Part shown: piece by piece, positions 22,366 to 35,600 of the stretch
Numbering within the stretch: the stretch's first letter is position 1
Layout: each line of letters opens with the position of its first letter
Made by a program: the position numbers and the translations under genes
Origin: Paragordius varius
Taxonomy: Eukaryota > Animalia > Nematomorpha
Reading direction: 5' to 3'
Assembly: GCA_964247055.1 (NCBI GenBank)
Contig: OZ176050.1
Location: 6,572,001-6,636,000, forward strand
DNA length: 64,000 nucleotides
Notes under the pieces: model-generated
Told to the model about the DNA's origin: nothing
Databases searched by the model: none
What the model saw: the letters and a program-made list of their open reading frames with translations, nothing else

Positions 22366-25094
22366 AAACTCGGATGGTGGAGATAGAGTCCAAAGTGCAA
22401 CAACCATGACAATGTCAATTGCCAATATCACCAGCATGTCCAGTAAAAAATATAATGATAATACCAATTATAGCAATGGTAATAATTTTAATCGATCACA
22501 ACAATCAAAACCTCTGACACATTCGTGCAAGGGTTATGGGAGTGTTCATAAACAAATGTCCCCCCTGGAACCGCAATTGCAAATGCGGAAAACCCAACCA
22601 CTTCGCTAATGTAGATAAAAAAACACTGCCAAAAATATTTTCAACCGCCAGTGCACTGAAAGCGAACGGGCTAAGAATCTATAGCGACTTTGGAATCATT
22701 ATCAACAAATGGCTGGGGAGTACTCCCACATCATTCAACATTTGATGGATGGGTAAGTAAGATTGATTGGCGTTGTCATGTTTGATCGGATATCGGTAAG
22801 ACCTCCACTAGCACTAGCTTAGTTCGGTACTCGTCTTGGCCACCAGATGTTAACTTGTAATAAGATGAGGAGATAATATAAGAAATGTGAAAATGAATTT
22901 ATTCGGTTTTTTTAGGGTTTATATATACTAATTTTAGTTGTACATAATTTGCATTATATCAATAAAATTTCAAGTAACAAAGGATATAATATTTACATAG
23001 TACTCAAAAAATAAAAATAATACAATTCAAATAACGCTGAAAATACAACCAAAGTATGTATTTCACATTTGCATGTACACAGAAAATCATGATATAAAAA
23101 CAAAGTATATATTTCAGATTTGCATAACAGGTTGAAATTATAAATAAAAACGTTATAAAAATACCTTACTTCAATGTAAACATTTCTATCATTTAAGAAT
23201 TCTTAATAAAAAATTTGTTCACCTTTAAACTTAGGTAGTCTCTAATTTAAAATACATTTTATATTAAATTTAAATTTGAAGACGTAAAAATCTAAGTAGA
23301 TGGATGTTTTTTTGCTATTGTATATACCAAGTATTATTTAATGTTTAAAAAAATATTCTACGCTATTTGCTAAGAAGGATAATAGGATAAACTTTATAAC
23401 GAGATTAATTTATGATATTTAAAACAAAAAAATTTTTTTACCGCTTAACAAGTTTTATTCGAATTTCACGCCAAGTGCAATTTTAGCCTAAATTAATGTA
23501 AGGAAATTGTTAAGTTTTTATCGATAATCCTTTGCTCTTCGAATAATCCTTTGGCATACGTTAACAAAAAATGTAGTAGACTTGTTTTCTCTATCTTGGA
23601 TTAAATTTTATATGCAGTGTGGGATAAAAATGCAATTTTTGATTTCGGCTAACAAGAAAAATTAACTTTTTTATAGAATTTTAACCGTATTTATCACTTT
23701 GATATTCATCATCCTGAAGCTTTTAGAGCCATCTAATGATGTGTGATTTATAATTTATTTTTATCACCATTTTACCCGTAGAGTGTAGTATTATTTTCCA
23801 AACTATCCTCTGCGACAAAAATAAATCCCAAATGTATTCGTCAATATAATTCCAAAGGTGATGAAGTTTTAATGATTATAAGGCAATAACTCTATATAAA
23901 ATCCAAAGACATACAAGTGTTAAAGTATCATACCATTTGTGGGCAGATTTTACCCAAGGGCAATTTGAACACGGTCAATTTATCAAACTTTTAACTCCAA
24001 CTATAAAAAATATTTCAAAATTTGTGCAGCCAAATATTTCATAAATTTTTCAAAATTTATAATAAAAAGGTATGTGCAACCAAGTCAAATATTAACTGAG
24101 TTTGATTTTTTATTTCTCGATAAATATTGAATCAAGCAATGTTAAATTTAATTAAATTTAAAAGATATCCATAAAACATCTACAGAAATGGAAATAAAAA
24201 ACTCTTTGACATATCATACCTATTTTTTGTCAGGTTCTATTTATACTTAACAAATATTCATAGAAATTCATACTATGATAGAATTATGCGTAAAATATTT
24301 ACGAAACATTATGTGAAAAAGTACATGAGGGATATAGTTCCGGATTGGTGGTTAATATTTAATAATTTCTAATGTATATTGCCTTATTCAAAACACTCAT
24401 AATATAACCCTTACTGTTTTATCCAAAATATAAGTCGGAGGTAGGGTAATGATTGAATTTAAATCTAGTGGGTACTATGAATATAACAGCTTTGAACTGC
24501 AACAGTTATGGTTATATGCTAGTTTAATAGATAATCCAATAAATCAAATTATTTCTTAAATAACCTGTCAATAAAATTTTTCACGTCAATTGTAAAACTC
24601 TATCAATAGCACTTTTAAATATTAAAGCAAAAAGTATTTGTTAGAACAAATACATAACAGGGTAAACCAATCATGTAAGGGTAAGCATATTCGTGTAATG
24701 CATGAGCCTATAAAACCTTTCGTTGCCTTCCAATGATTGCGTACATTCGAAATAAAAAACTAAATTTACTATTTTAAATAAGCATCCCAGCCCTTGCTGC
24801 AACCTTTATTTTTTTAGCGCATACTCTTAAGTGTTATTGTACATTTTTAAAATGAATGTTTACGCAGAAGGATGTTAGCGTTTTCTTTCAATCGTTAACC
24901 ATTTTATCTGGCACGTTGTTATGATCCTCTATTGATTCAGGTTGCTAATCATATCAAATTACTGTATGATGTTCCATTTAACACATTGTTATTGGTTTAT
25001 ATGACCTTTAGCATAAATCAAATGCAAATACTATATAAGGATGTAAAATATTTTCAAAATAATTATTTGTGAGTCCTAAAATTTTCAATTAATT

Positions 25095-28000
25095 ATGTTT
25101 ATTCAATTACTTATACTAACAATGGTTACTTTATCAAGTAAAAGTTATTTGTTATAACATGCATTATTGCTAATTTATTATTATAGGGGAATTAGAGATT
25201 GATAGGAAAACCCGTAACATGATTATGAGGCAACACAATATGTATAGAAAAAATGTCAGCCCTCCCTCAGACCTAATGATGAGACTGGTAGGTAACATTA
25301 TATTTTTTGCAAAACAATATCACAACCAATGTCTCCTAAAATTTTAAACGGGAATTTTTTTTATAAAGTAGTTTATGATTCTACTTATATACCGCAAATT
25401 TGCATAAAATTACACCGATCCAGAATATTAGATTGATTATATTATTGCATATTTATAATAGTATATGATAATTAACTAGATTTTATATATATATTTAAAT
25501 AAAATATAATTAAGAGGTTATTTTAAGTATTAAACTATATAAATACCAAAATGTTTTTTGTAATTATTTATTTATTTTGCATTTAAGCTATGGATATAAT
25601 ATATAAAGTCTTGTTAGTCATAATTAAAATATGTAGATTTACTAGGAACCAATCGAATTTATATTTTTAAGATCGAACCCGATTCACGCATAGGAGCCAC
25701 TCGAATAGATTTACTTTTTACAAAGTTTGAAAGCTCACTTTTAAAAAATGCAATTCAAGGACCATGAATTTAACAATATCCATTTTATTCTAAAAATATA
25801 TTATTACTACAAAAAATCATTGAAAGTCAAATGGACAAATTTTACCCAAAATTTACTCTGAGAATTGACAAACGATTGTCTGTATATGAAATAGATAATT
25901 TTGCAACTTAAAGTTATCAAAATATTGCATATATATATTTATGTTTAGAAATGGTCAGATGAAGGAGCTGAGAAAGCCAGCAGGCATGCTGCAACTTGTT
26001 CCAGCGCTCATGATACAAATGAAGCAAGGGCAATTAAAGGTTCGTGCATATTTCGGAAAATAATTTTTTTTCCATAGTTAATTAATCTAACATACATTCT
26101 AAGTTATAAAATTTTATAAAATTTAATATCATCGATACCGTTTCGTAAATTTAGAACTATTCACTTTTTTGGAACCGCATAGGATCCAAAAATGATTCCA
26201 GAACTGTGGCTTCAGACGGTTTTGATTAATATCAAGATTTTTTTGATTTGATAACTCAGCATATTTTTTAGAGTGATTTTAATTTTTTGATTTTAAGTAC
26301 ATTTCAAAGTAGCAATATTTTTTGGCTATTCATTAACATTATAATAATCATGGGTAAATTAAAAAAAGTCTAACGTCGTTAGCATATTTCAACAAAAAAA
26401 TGTGTGTAGGATATCAAAAATTAAAACGGAACGGCATTTGTACGGAATCAAAAGCCAAAAAAATTAACTCGGAACTGGAATCAACTATTTCTATAAATTT
26501 TCACGCTTTCCAAGGAAGGCGTATTCACCATTATGTTGAAACCACTGCTATATAGGATTGATCATTTAAATTTAAAACCTAAAAAAATGAGTAATTTTAT
26601 TTTGAAAAATGCCACATATTCGTAACAGAATATAAAATCAGGGCAATGACCACAATGAATGATTTTTATCTAATGATAATTAACAAATCTTGTACATAAT
26701 AAAATAAACAAATTTAATGTTGTAAGTTATGTAAAAATTGCTTAATTTCAACCATTTGGTTTTTACCCATACGCTAATGTATTGCTAATTGGCCAAAATA
26801 AATTTGCATACTATATCACTGTGTGCAAAAGAATTTTTTAGCAAATTATTTTTATCAAGCTTATACAATTCATTTGCCGCAAAAATTTTTATTTATTGAC
26901 GACCTAGTTTTTGAAATATGGAGAGAAAATCGAAATTAGGCAAAAAGTAAAATTTAATATAATGAACTATAATGTAAAAATAATGATAAAACTCGAGATA
27001 TCAAAATTTATTATAATTTTATCAGATATTTATAATTTATAAATAGCCTAAAATCATATATAGGTTTTTATAAAATCTCAGATCAAAAATCGTGGTTTTT
27101 CCTTTAATATCAATACAAAAAATTTTTGAAAATATATATAGAAATAATTTTTTATAATTATTTAAAAGCTAAAATCTTTATTAAAATTTTAGCATTCATA
27201 TTCTATACAGTAAAATATCTTATATATCAAAATAAAATTAAAAAATATTGTTTTTTATTTTTCATTTTTTTGTCATCTGGTTTTTGAGGGTATAATAAAT
27301 TCCTTAGGATTTACAAGTAGTGGATTATCAGCGAACTATTCGTACAAATCCAATTGAAAGTATTAGTTTATGTCAAAACAAACTTAATTGCGATTTGTAC
27401 GGATTGTTGCCTGATACGCTACTTGTAAATCCTATTTTGTATTAATTTTACTTTGTAATTCCCACTGTAAGACTCCAAAAAGTAAATTTATAATACCCTC
27501 CTAAATCAAATGAAAAATAAAAAACAATATTTTTTAACTTTATTATGATATATAAGATATTTTACTGTATAAAATATGAATGTTAAAATTTGATAGTGAA
27601 TCTAGCCAGTAAATAATTATTTAAAAATTATTTTATAATTTCATCAAAAAAATTGTATATTAAGTATGTTAAATGAAACACGATTTTTCGATCTGGAATT
27701 TTATAACCCTAATTATATCATTTTAAGCTAATTATAAATTGTAATATCTGATAAAATAATAATCTTAATATCTTAGGTTTTCATTATTTTTTAAATTATT
27801 ATTAATACTCCTTAATTTTGACTTTCCCCATTTCTATTTTCTCTCAATATTTCAAAAACTAGGTCGTCAATAAATAAAAAATTTGAGCCAAATAAATTCT
27901 CTGGTTGTTAGCTATATTTAACAATGAAAAAAGTATTTATAATATCATTAAATGATACGATTCCCATAATAACACTAAATAATTTTTTTTGTGATTATGG

Positions 28001-28543
28001 CTAGTATAAGTGTCTTTAAATTATAATGTAAATTATACGGTCCAAGTGCGATATTTTAATTTATCAGTCCGAAACATTTGTTCATAATAATTTTAAGAAA
28101 TCTAAGAATATGACATTTAATACATATGTCGGAATTCAAAGATAGTTGGGCTGAAATTGTTTTTATGTTTTTAATTAACTCAAATTTATATTAATAATAT
28201 GTTTCATATCTAATTATTTTAATATTGATGGCATAGATGTATTTTTGTGGCAAAACCGGCCCAACTGTTTGAAAAAGTTTTGACTTTGTAATTATTAATC
28301 CAGCTCCTAATTTTTGTCATATTCGATTCTATTTTTATATAGTATTCGGTTATTTATGTGAAATTAAATTAATTTTGTTTGCGTAAATTCGACCCAATTT
28401 TTTTGCAGAGGAAACAGAGACTATTACAAATTTGAACCCTACTCAGTTTCCAATAAATCTTCATGCGACGGCTGTGTCATAAATAAGAAGTGTTCTACTA
28501 AAGTTCCAAATCTTCTAGAGAGATGTGGTATGTTATATTTAGT

Positions 28544-28580
<37 letters not shown>

Positions 28581-31500
28581 ATCAATCAAATTATTTTAAT
28601 GATAATAATATTTATTCATTAATATGTTACAAAAGTATTTTATTATCATTAATTTTTGGCATATTTTTATAAATTAGTTTGACGGCGCTTTATTTAACTA
28701 TATCTGTGGCGTATGGAGCCAGTGTTTACAAACTAAGTAATAAATTAAAAGATATCTAAAAAGTATACATAAAGTAGATGAACCATATGATAAATTAGAT
28801 ATCTACATATAAACAGAACCATTTGACTGTAATTATGAGATTATGTTATAATTGGAGGGAGTAATTAGAAGAAGTATTAAAAAGTATAAAAATAATTATT
28901 TTGGTTTTAATTTTAGGCCTTCCTAGTATTATATGAAAATTAACCTAAAACACTGTGCGCAAAAAAGGGGGGTAAAAAATAACAAACATGATTTTTATCT
29001 AGAATAATAAGAAATCCCTTGGAAAAGGAGACCCCAAAAATTTTGGGGCAAAAATGCGCCCCAAAATAGAAATCTTCCATTTTTTCATTTTTGACTAGAA
29101 ATAGATTTTTGTCCATATTTTTAAAATTTATTGAGCAAACATGATAAAACTTTTATATATTATATAAAACCTATATTCTTAAGAAAAATACATAAAATTA
29201 TTTTAAAGTATCAATAATTTTTTTTATTCCACAAAAATAGAAATTCGTAAATTTTATGACATTGTCAAAATATATTATAAAAAAATTATTTGTAAGAACT
29301 CCATATTGTTATTATTATTTAAGTTTATGACTTATATATAACATACTAAAGAGTTATTATATATAATAAAGGCTATGTATCCTTTTAAGTCCTTCAAAAA
29401 ATTTGTATTTTTTGAAAAATTTTCGCGAGTTTTGTTACATTTTCCTCACATGCTTCTCACTGTTTCATAAATACAGTATCAGTAATCCGCAATTTTCAAA
29501 TGCGAATACTGAAAAAACCAATAAAGCTTCAAGATTATGAAATTCCCTTTACTTTGGATAAAAGTATATATATATATATATTATTTAATAACATAGTTAA
29601 TAAATTCAATTGCAAATTGAATAAAGACCTTTTCTGCTATATATGTGGAAGGTAATCGCCCTACAAATTTGATGAAAATAACTGAACAAATAATTACCTA
29701 TTACAACATGTATTTTGCTGGGAAATTAGTTCATTACAAGGAAATATGAGCCCACAGCAAGGTAATTACTCTAATTCCGGTGGAGGGCTACAGACCAGGA
29801 TGGAGAACGGTTCCATCAAACGCTCAAACATATAGAAAAAAATTATACAAGTTCCAATAGTTGGTGAATACTATTGGAACATTTTATGTCTGACTAATAT
29901 ATTCATTTATAAATAAATTTAAATTCTTATATGTATTTTAAGTGTTGTTGTTGGGTTAGACTTGAAGAGATGTTGCAGGAGCAATTTTTGCAAACGAAGT
30001 TTGTATTTGACAATATCTTGATAAGACCGGAACATTTTTATTTTAAAATTTTGTAGAAACCTAATTAAATATTCTTATTGTAAAAGAATGCCAAAAATTC
30101 TATCGAATAAAAATAAATCCATTTATTATCAGTTTTTCAATATATATAATTGTAATAATTGTTAGATTTATAATTTGGCAATAGAGTTTCTGGAAGTAGA
30201 TTATTTACAAACGTCAGAATAATTTTGGTGCAAGAAAAATTCTATTTTGTAACTAAAATTATATGAAGAAAATATACGTGAACACAAATAGAATTTTACT
30301 TAAAAAGCTAAATATAGTGTATATAGCAAAAAAAGTATTTATATTTCCGATGCTGCTTTCTGCACATCAAGAGGTCTTTAATTAAATTTATTATTTATAG
30401 ATTAAATATATAAACATTTATCCAAAGTAATGTAATGGGAATTTCATAATCTCGAAGTTTTATTGGATTTTTCAGTATTCGCATTTGAAAATTGCGGATT
30501 ACTGATACTGTATTTATGAAACAGTGAGAAGCATGTCAGGAAAATGCAACAAAAATCGCGAAAATTTTTCAAAAAATACAAATTTTTTGAGGGACTTAAA
30601 AAGATACATAGCCTTTATTATATATACCAACTCTTTGGTATGTTATATATAAGTCATAAACTTAAATAAAAAAACAATATGGAGTTCTTACAAATAATTA
30701 TTTTATAATATATTTCGACAATGTCATAAAATTTACGAATTTCTATTTTTGTGGAATAAAAAAAATTATTGATACTTTAAAATAATTTTATTTATTTTTC
30801 TTAAGAATTAATTAGGTTTTATATAATATATAAAAGTTTTATCATGTTTGCTCAATAAATTTTAAAAATATGGACAAAAGTCTATTTCTAGTCAAAAATG
30901 AAAAAATGGAATATATCCATTTTGAGGCGCATTTTTGCCCCAAAATTTTTGGGATTTTCTTTTCCAAGGGATTTTTATTATTCTAGATAAAAATCATGTT
31001 TGTTTATTTTTTTGTGCGCACTGTGAAAGGGAAAAAGATATCAACGGCTCCTCCACACCAGATGTAAAACACCGAATAGCATTAGAGAAGTCAGCTGCAA
31101 CCAGATGACTGGAAAAGTGAAGATATCACTATGAAAACTAAGTGAGAGTAATGAAGTTCATGTTTTTCCGGTAGCGACTTATGCTGCAGAAAGTTGGGCA
31201 TTGAAAATGAATGATAAATAAGGATTGCAGCATTTGAAATGTGATGTTGGAGGAGAATGTTGAATATAAGGTGGTATGCTGGATTAAGAATGAAACAATA
31301 AGAAAAATAAATATTGAGAGACACTTAATGGGAGCTATAATAAAAAGAAAGTTTATGTACATAGGGCTCATTTTAAGAAGTTCATTCATTGATAAAGATT
31401 CGATTTTAGGGAAAGTTGAAGGGAAAAAGAAAAAGGAAGACCGATATTAAGAGGCTCACTATAAAGAAGGAATCAGGTAAGATATAGCTTGGGAAATAGA

Positions 31501-32056
31501 CAACTGGAAGCAGCTAGTAATTTTAATTTCCAAGGGGTCGAACACGACTAAGGAATTACCTACCTACCTATGTTACAAACCTAAATTAAATGTTTATCCC
31601 AAAAGTTTCATTATGCCTTTGTTATTCACAAATTTTGAATTTGATTGTTGTCATTAATAGACAATAATCAAAAACTTAATAAATTTGTAACTCTTTATTC
31701 TAATTATCGCAAAAGCTGATGAAAAACAATTAAAAATATCCCAATTATCCTATATAAAATGTTTTTTTTCCTACACAGATATCTGTTTTGATAAATGGGA
31801 TAATTGTAAACAATATGACTTCTGCGAGAGCCAAGACGATAAGTGTAAGAGGACATGTACACCGGCTTGCAAAAATCAAAAATGGCCGCGGTATAATCCC
31901 CAATACCCCGATCTTAGTGCTTCATTTAAATCAAAAACTAGCAATCCCAATACTAATAACAATTTGAACAATAATTTTACTCCCACTTCCAATTATTATA
32001 ACTATAATAATAGATATCCGAACAACAATGGTTATTACTCTTACTATAGATACTAA
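25095..32056 (+). CDS. Secreted CAP/CRISP (venom-allergen-like) protein with C-terminal ShK-like domain; middle exons unresolved
   Basis: Phase-compatible GT-AG exons: 25095-25137 (MFIQLLILTMVTLS, signal-like), 25187-25287 (HNMYRKNVSPPSDLMMRL) and 25949-26039 (KWSDEGAEKASRHAATC). Then 28409-28527 (GN...EPY...CDGC...C...C, hinge) and 31779-32056 (CFDKWDNCKQYDFCESQDDKCKRTCTPAC plus an N/Y-rich tail). The GEN and CAP1/CAP2 exons were not cleanly found. Confidence 0.8.
26817..27890. mobile_element. About 1-kb palindromic (foldback) element inside the CRISP gene
   Basis: The arm at 26881-27290 is the reverse complement of 27490-27890 (e.g. TTGACGACCTAGTTTTTGAAATAT), with an inner palindrome at 27305-27434. 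The left end begins CACTGTG. Confidence 0.8.
28951..31025 (+). mobile_element. Chapaev3-like (CMC) non-autonomous transposon with about 600-bp TIRs
   Basis: Termini CACTGTGCGC / GCGCACTGTG with AAA on both flanks. Arms at about 28951-29555 and 30420-31025. The spacer at about 29605-29770 encodes the remnant CKLNKDLFCYICG...KITEQIITYYNMYF...AH, matching the FCYICG N-terminal motif I associate with Chapaev3-type transposases. Confidence 0.7.
31030..31572 (+). mobile_element. RTE LINE 3' fragment
   Basis: Reads STPDVKHRIALEKSA and FPVATYAAESWAL; ends in a (CCTA)n tail at about 31558-31571. Confidence 0.75.
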
Positions 32057-32603
32057 ACATAAATATGTACTGGGGTTGGCAATCAAAAATTATATTTTTT
32101 ACACAAATTTTTTTTGGGGATAAATTAAATCATCAATGTAATTTCTTAATGTTGAATTAGCTATAATAATTTAATTTGAATAATAATATTATCGACGCTT
32201 ACATATTATCCACCCTATTAATTTTAAATTATGAATCTAAATTATTTAATTATACAGTAATAATGAATCAAAATATATTTATTATAAATAAGCAATCATA
32301 CGCAAAATCAGTCTAATATTGGTGTGAGCTTAGATATATATATATAATATATTAAGCATGTGTATCAGAGCCGAAAATCCAAAATATTTAATAATTTAAC
32401 TAATATAAATATTTGATAATTAACTAAATTCAAATAATAAATGATACATAACTTAGACACACATATAGTATATTTGAGAGATTTTGAAATACAATAAAAT
32501 TCTTTAAATGCACGACTTTTACTTTTCAGCAAGCGGTAAGTTAAAAATTTGGAAAAGTTATCTATAAATTTGATTTCAACCAATCTCATTCAAATTAATT
32601 AAA

Positions 32604-35600
32604 TTAATAAAAAGCTCGACCCAATATTAATGCATCTGGTGGATAATCTTGCAACATCGTCAACTCGTAAAAACCAAGAAGTTTACAATAGAGATCTTGT
32701 TCATTAATATTTCGCAATGGAACCGTGGTAAATACACCCGTTGACCCTATAAACAAAATTAAAATAGATTATTTAATTTGGATTTTAGATATTTTTGGTT
32801 AAATCATTGGAACAGTAATTGGCTTAGGTTCCGGATCGGTTCCACATATTTAAAAACAGCTTACGGTTTCGGACAAAATGATTCGGATCTAAGTTTTTGG
32901 CAAAAATATTTGCTCCCTGTTGGGTTCCACATTTAAAATAACTTAAGTATAGTAAAACTATAAACAAAATTGCTAACTCTGTTATTCAACTAAACATGGC
33001 TACAAATTAAATAAAAAGCAAAATCATATTGTAATAAAAAGATAAAATTAATTGTTTTAAACCGGGTAATATTTAAAATCGGCTACGTCGTTAATAAACT
33101 TTTTCTTAATTCAACGGTTCCAAAAAAAATAATAGTTTCGGATTTAAAAAGTGCAGTTCCAATTCCTGAAAATAATCAAGTTATGAGGGCAAAAAATTGA
33201 TATATATATATATATATATATACCGTATAATTTCAGGACTGACATGAGACATGCCAACATACGTTTTGGCATACTAAAATCCATGAGCGCTGGTGAAAAC
33301 GCACATTGTATGATAGAGGGGTAATGTTGCAACAGTTTGTAGGGTAAATAACGTTTATACTTCATAAACTTTGATTCTATTATGCTCTGTAAATGATATC
33401 ATGAAAAAGTAAAAAAGCATATAATACACACATCGTACGTTAAAAACAAAATATACAGTTTATAGCTCCGTTTCCTTTTTGTAAATAAAAACAAATCATG
33501 AGTATAGCCTGACTAGAGCCGACAATGATCATAAAAATTGAGTAGTTTCGCGATTTAAACTCTGGCATACACAAACACACGAAGTGCAAATTCGAAACCT
33601 TGATACATATCTAATCTACAAAAGCTTACTTAATACCAGCTTTAATTTTAATTGATGATGAATATTATTTAGTTTAATATCCCTCGAACAATTCAAATAC
33701 CCTAAAAATAAATATGTGTTTTCGGGATAAAATTACTCATCATTAACATGAAATATATTTTTACGACTTATTATTTTTCAGCATTATATTAATTTTAACC
33801 AGAATTGCATATTTTATATATATTAAATAAGAGTAATTTTTAATCTTAAAAAACACACAATTTATTTTAGGGTTAATTTGAATTGTTCAAGGGTGTGAGC
33901 TGTAAATGGTATATTACAACCATGAAGGCTTAAATACGTCTCTCAAGAATAATAAAGATATAAAATATTGCAGTTGTCATAATTTGGTTTGTAAAAAAAT
34001 TTTAAAAAATTTGCTTTGTAAATAATGTTTTGTAAAAATATAGAAATTATCTGAAACCAATATTAAAATAAAATAACCCTATTTTGTTATCAAATAAAAA
34101 AATATCAGTTGGGAAATATATTTTAAATGGATATAATATTGTTTATATAATGCGTATAAAACATAAAATTGAAATTAGTGAACTATTAATAATGTTAAAC
34201 CTTGAACTATTAATTAGCAAAATGAAAATTTTATTAACCTAAAATCGAATAAAATAAAAAAAATTGTTATTACACGGTTTAAATACAAAAATCTGAAAAA
34301 AACATTTTATATAAAAAATAACCTAAAAAACTCTTAACATAAATTTTAATTATATATTTTACGTTCTACAAGGTAAACCTGCAAAATTTCATTTGAAAAT
34401 TTTAGGGATTTCAAACACAAAAAATTAATAATCAGTTATCCATATTTTCAACGTTGAACAAAAAACATAAAATATATTAAGGTTAATCTTGAAATATATG
34501 AGACTTTATTAGTTACTTATAGAAAACGCTTTAACATTTATATTTATAAAAGATAAGCGATTAAAGTTCCACAATAAGCGAATTTTTTATGCAGAACCAA
34601 AATCAATTTTAATTTAACTAACTAACTGGGTTATATATGTGGTATATATTATAATATATATATATATGTATAAGAAGATGCAGACCTATAATTTACTTGA
34701 GTCATAACAGTTTATAGTAAAAAGAATTAAATCATACCTGTGCAATTTTATCATTTTCATCATAATCATTATTTGGGTTAATCGTTTTCTCGTCGAAATC
34801 TCTTTCAAAACGATCCGCAAGGTTCGATTCCTGCTTTGTAATCTAATATCACGAAATAACAAATTTGTCATATTGTACATTCTAAGATATCATTTTTCAA
34901 CACTTTTATGATACATCAATAAAAAATAACACAATTGGAAATTAAAAGCATACTTTATATTTGTTAACCATTTCTGGTAGTACTGACATTTCATAAGCAG
35001 ATAAATATTTTTTACTATCAGGTGCACATAACATGTAACCAACTATAGATGACGATGTTTCTGTCGCGTTTTGGCTAAACAGTTTAAACACATATTAATT
35101 TATATCGATTATATATTAAAGTAGCTATATTTATTTAATATATTCATTTAACGAGTAAGCTACTTGGTATTAATTTTGTGTGTGGAACAAAACGGATTAA
35201 TCTCTTCAATGACAAAACATGTGGCAGGACAAAGAGCCAAAAATCCACCGACCAAACTATATATTTAAATATATATATTTCTTTTTTGAACAAAAAAATG
35301 CATCAAAATTTAAAATTTTGTAAACGGAGAAAACATACTAATCTCCTGGGAGTTCGGAATAATTTTTAAACCATTGATTTCCGTTTCTACCATCATCAAA
35401 TGTCATCCTAGCAATATTGTATATGGCCATCTATTGTCACAAGCAAAAGTAATTAAGGTTAAAAAAATACTGTCAAAATATAAATTACACGGAAAAGGCG
35501 TAAAAATGTAAAGACATATATATTTTATACAAAGAGTGCGGTACTTTTTTAAAAGTGTATTTTTTAAAGTAGATAATTATTCAATGCAAAGTATATAATA

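Larger units (their letters stand above)
20298..23129 (+). mobile_element. Rearranged Ty3/gypsy LTR retrotransposon with three LTR copies
   Basis: TG...CA termini and 5-bp TSD GGTTG (20293-20297 and 23130-23134). LTR starts are at 20298, 21616 and 22848. PBS TGGCGACGAG at 20884-20893. Also contains a gag ORF, an inverted RT fragment and a zinc-knuckle remnant. Confidence 0.9.

Noticed and set aside
25670-25715. tRNA/SINE-like fragment (minus strand GAGTGG...GGGTTCGATC)
   Set aside because: Too short, with no acceptor stem, tail or TSD.
31019-31025. RAG recombination signal (CACAGTG)
   Set aside because: No nonamer at a 12 or 23 spacing; it is a transposon terminus.
34815-34840. GGTTCGATTCC tRNA T-loop-like motif (similar ones at about 45615 and 48435)
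   Set aside because: No cloverleaf can be folded, and each lies antisense within a likely OGA exon.
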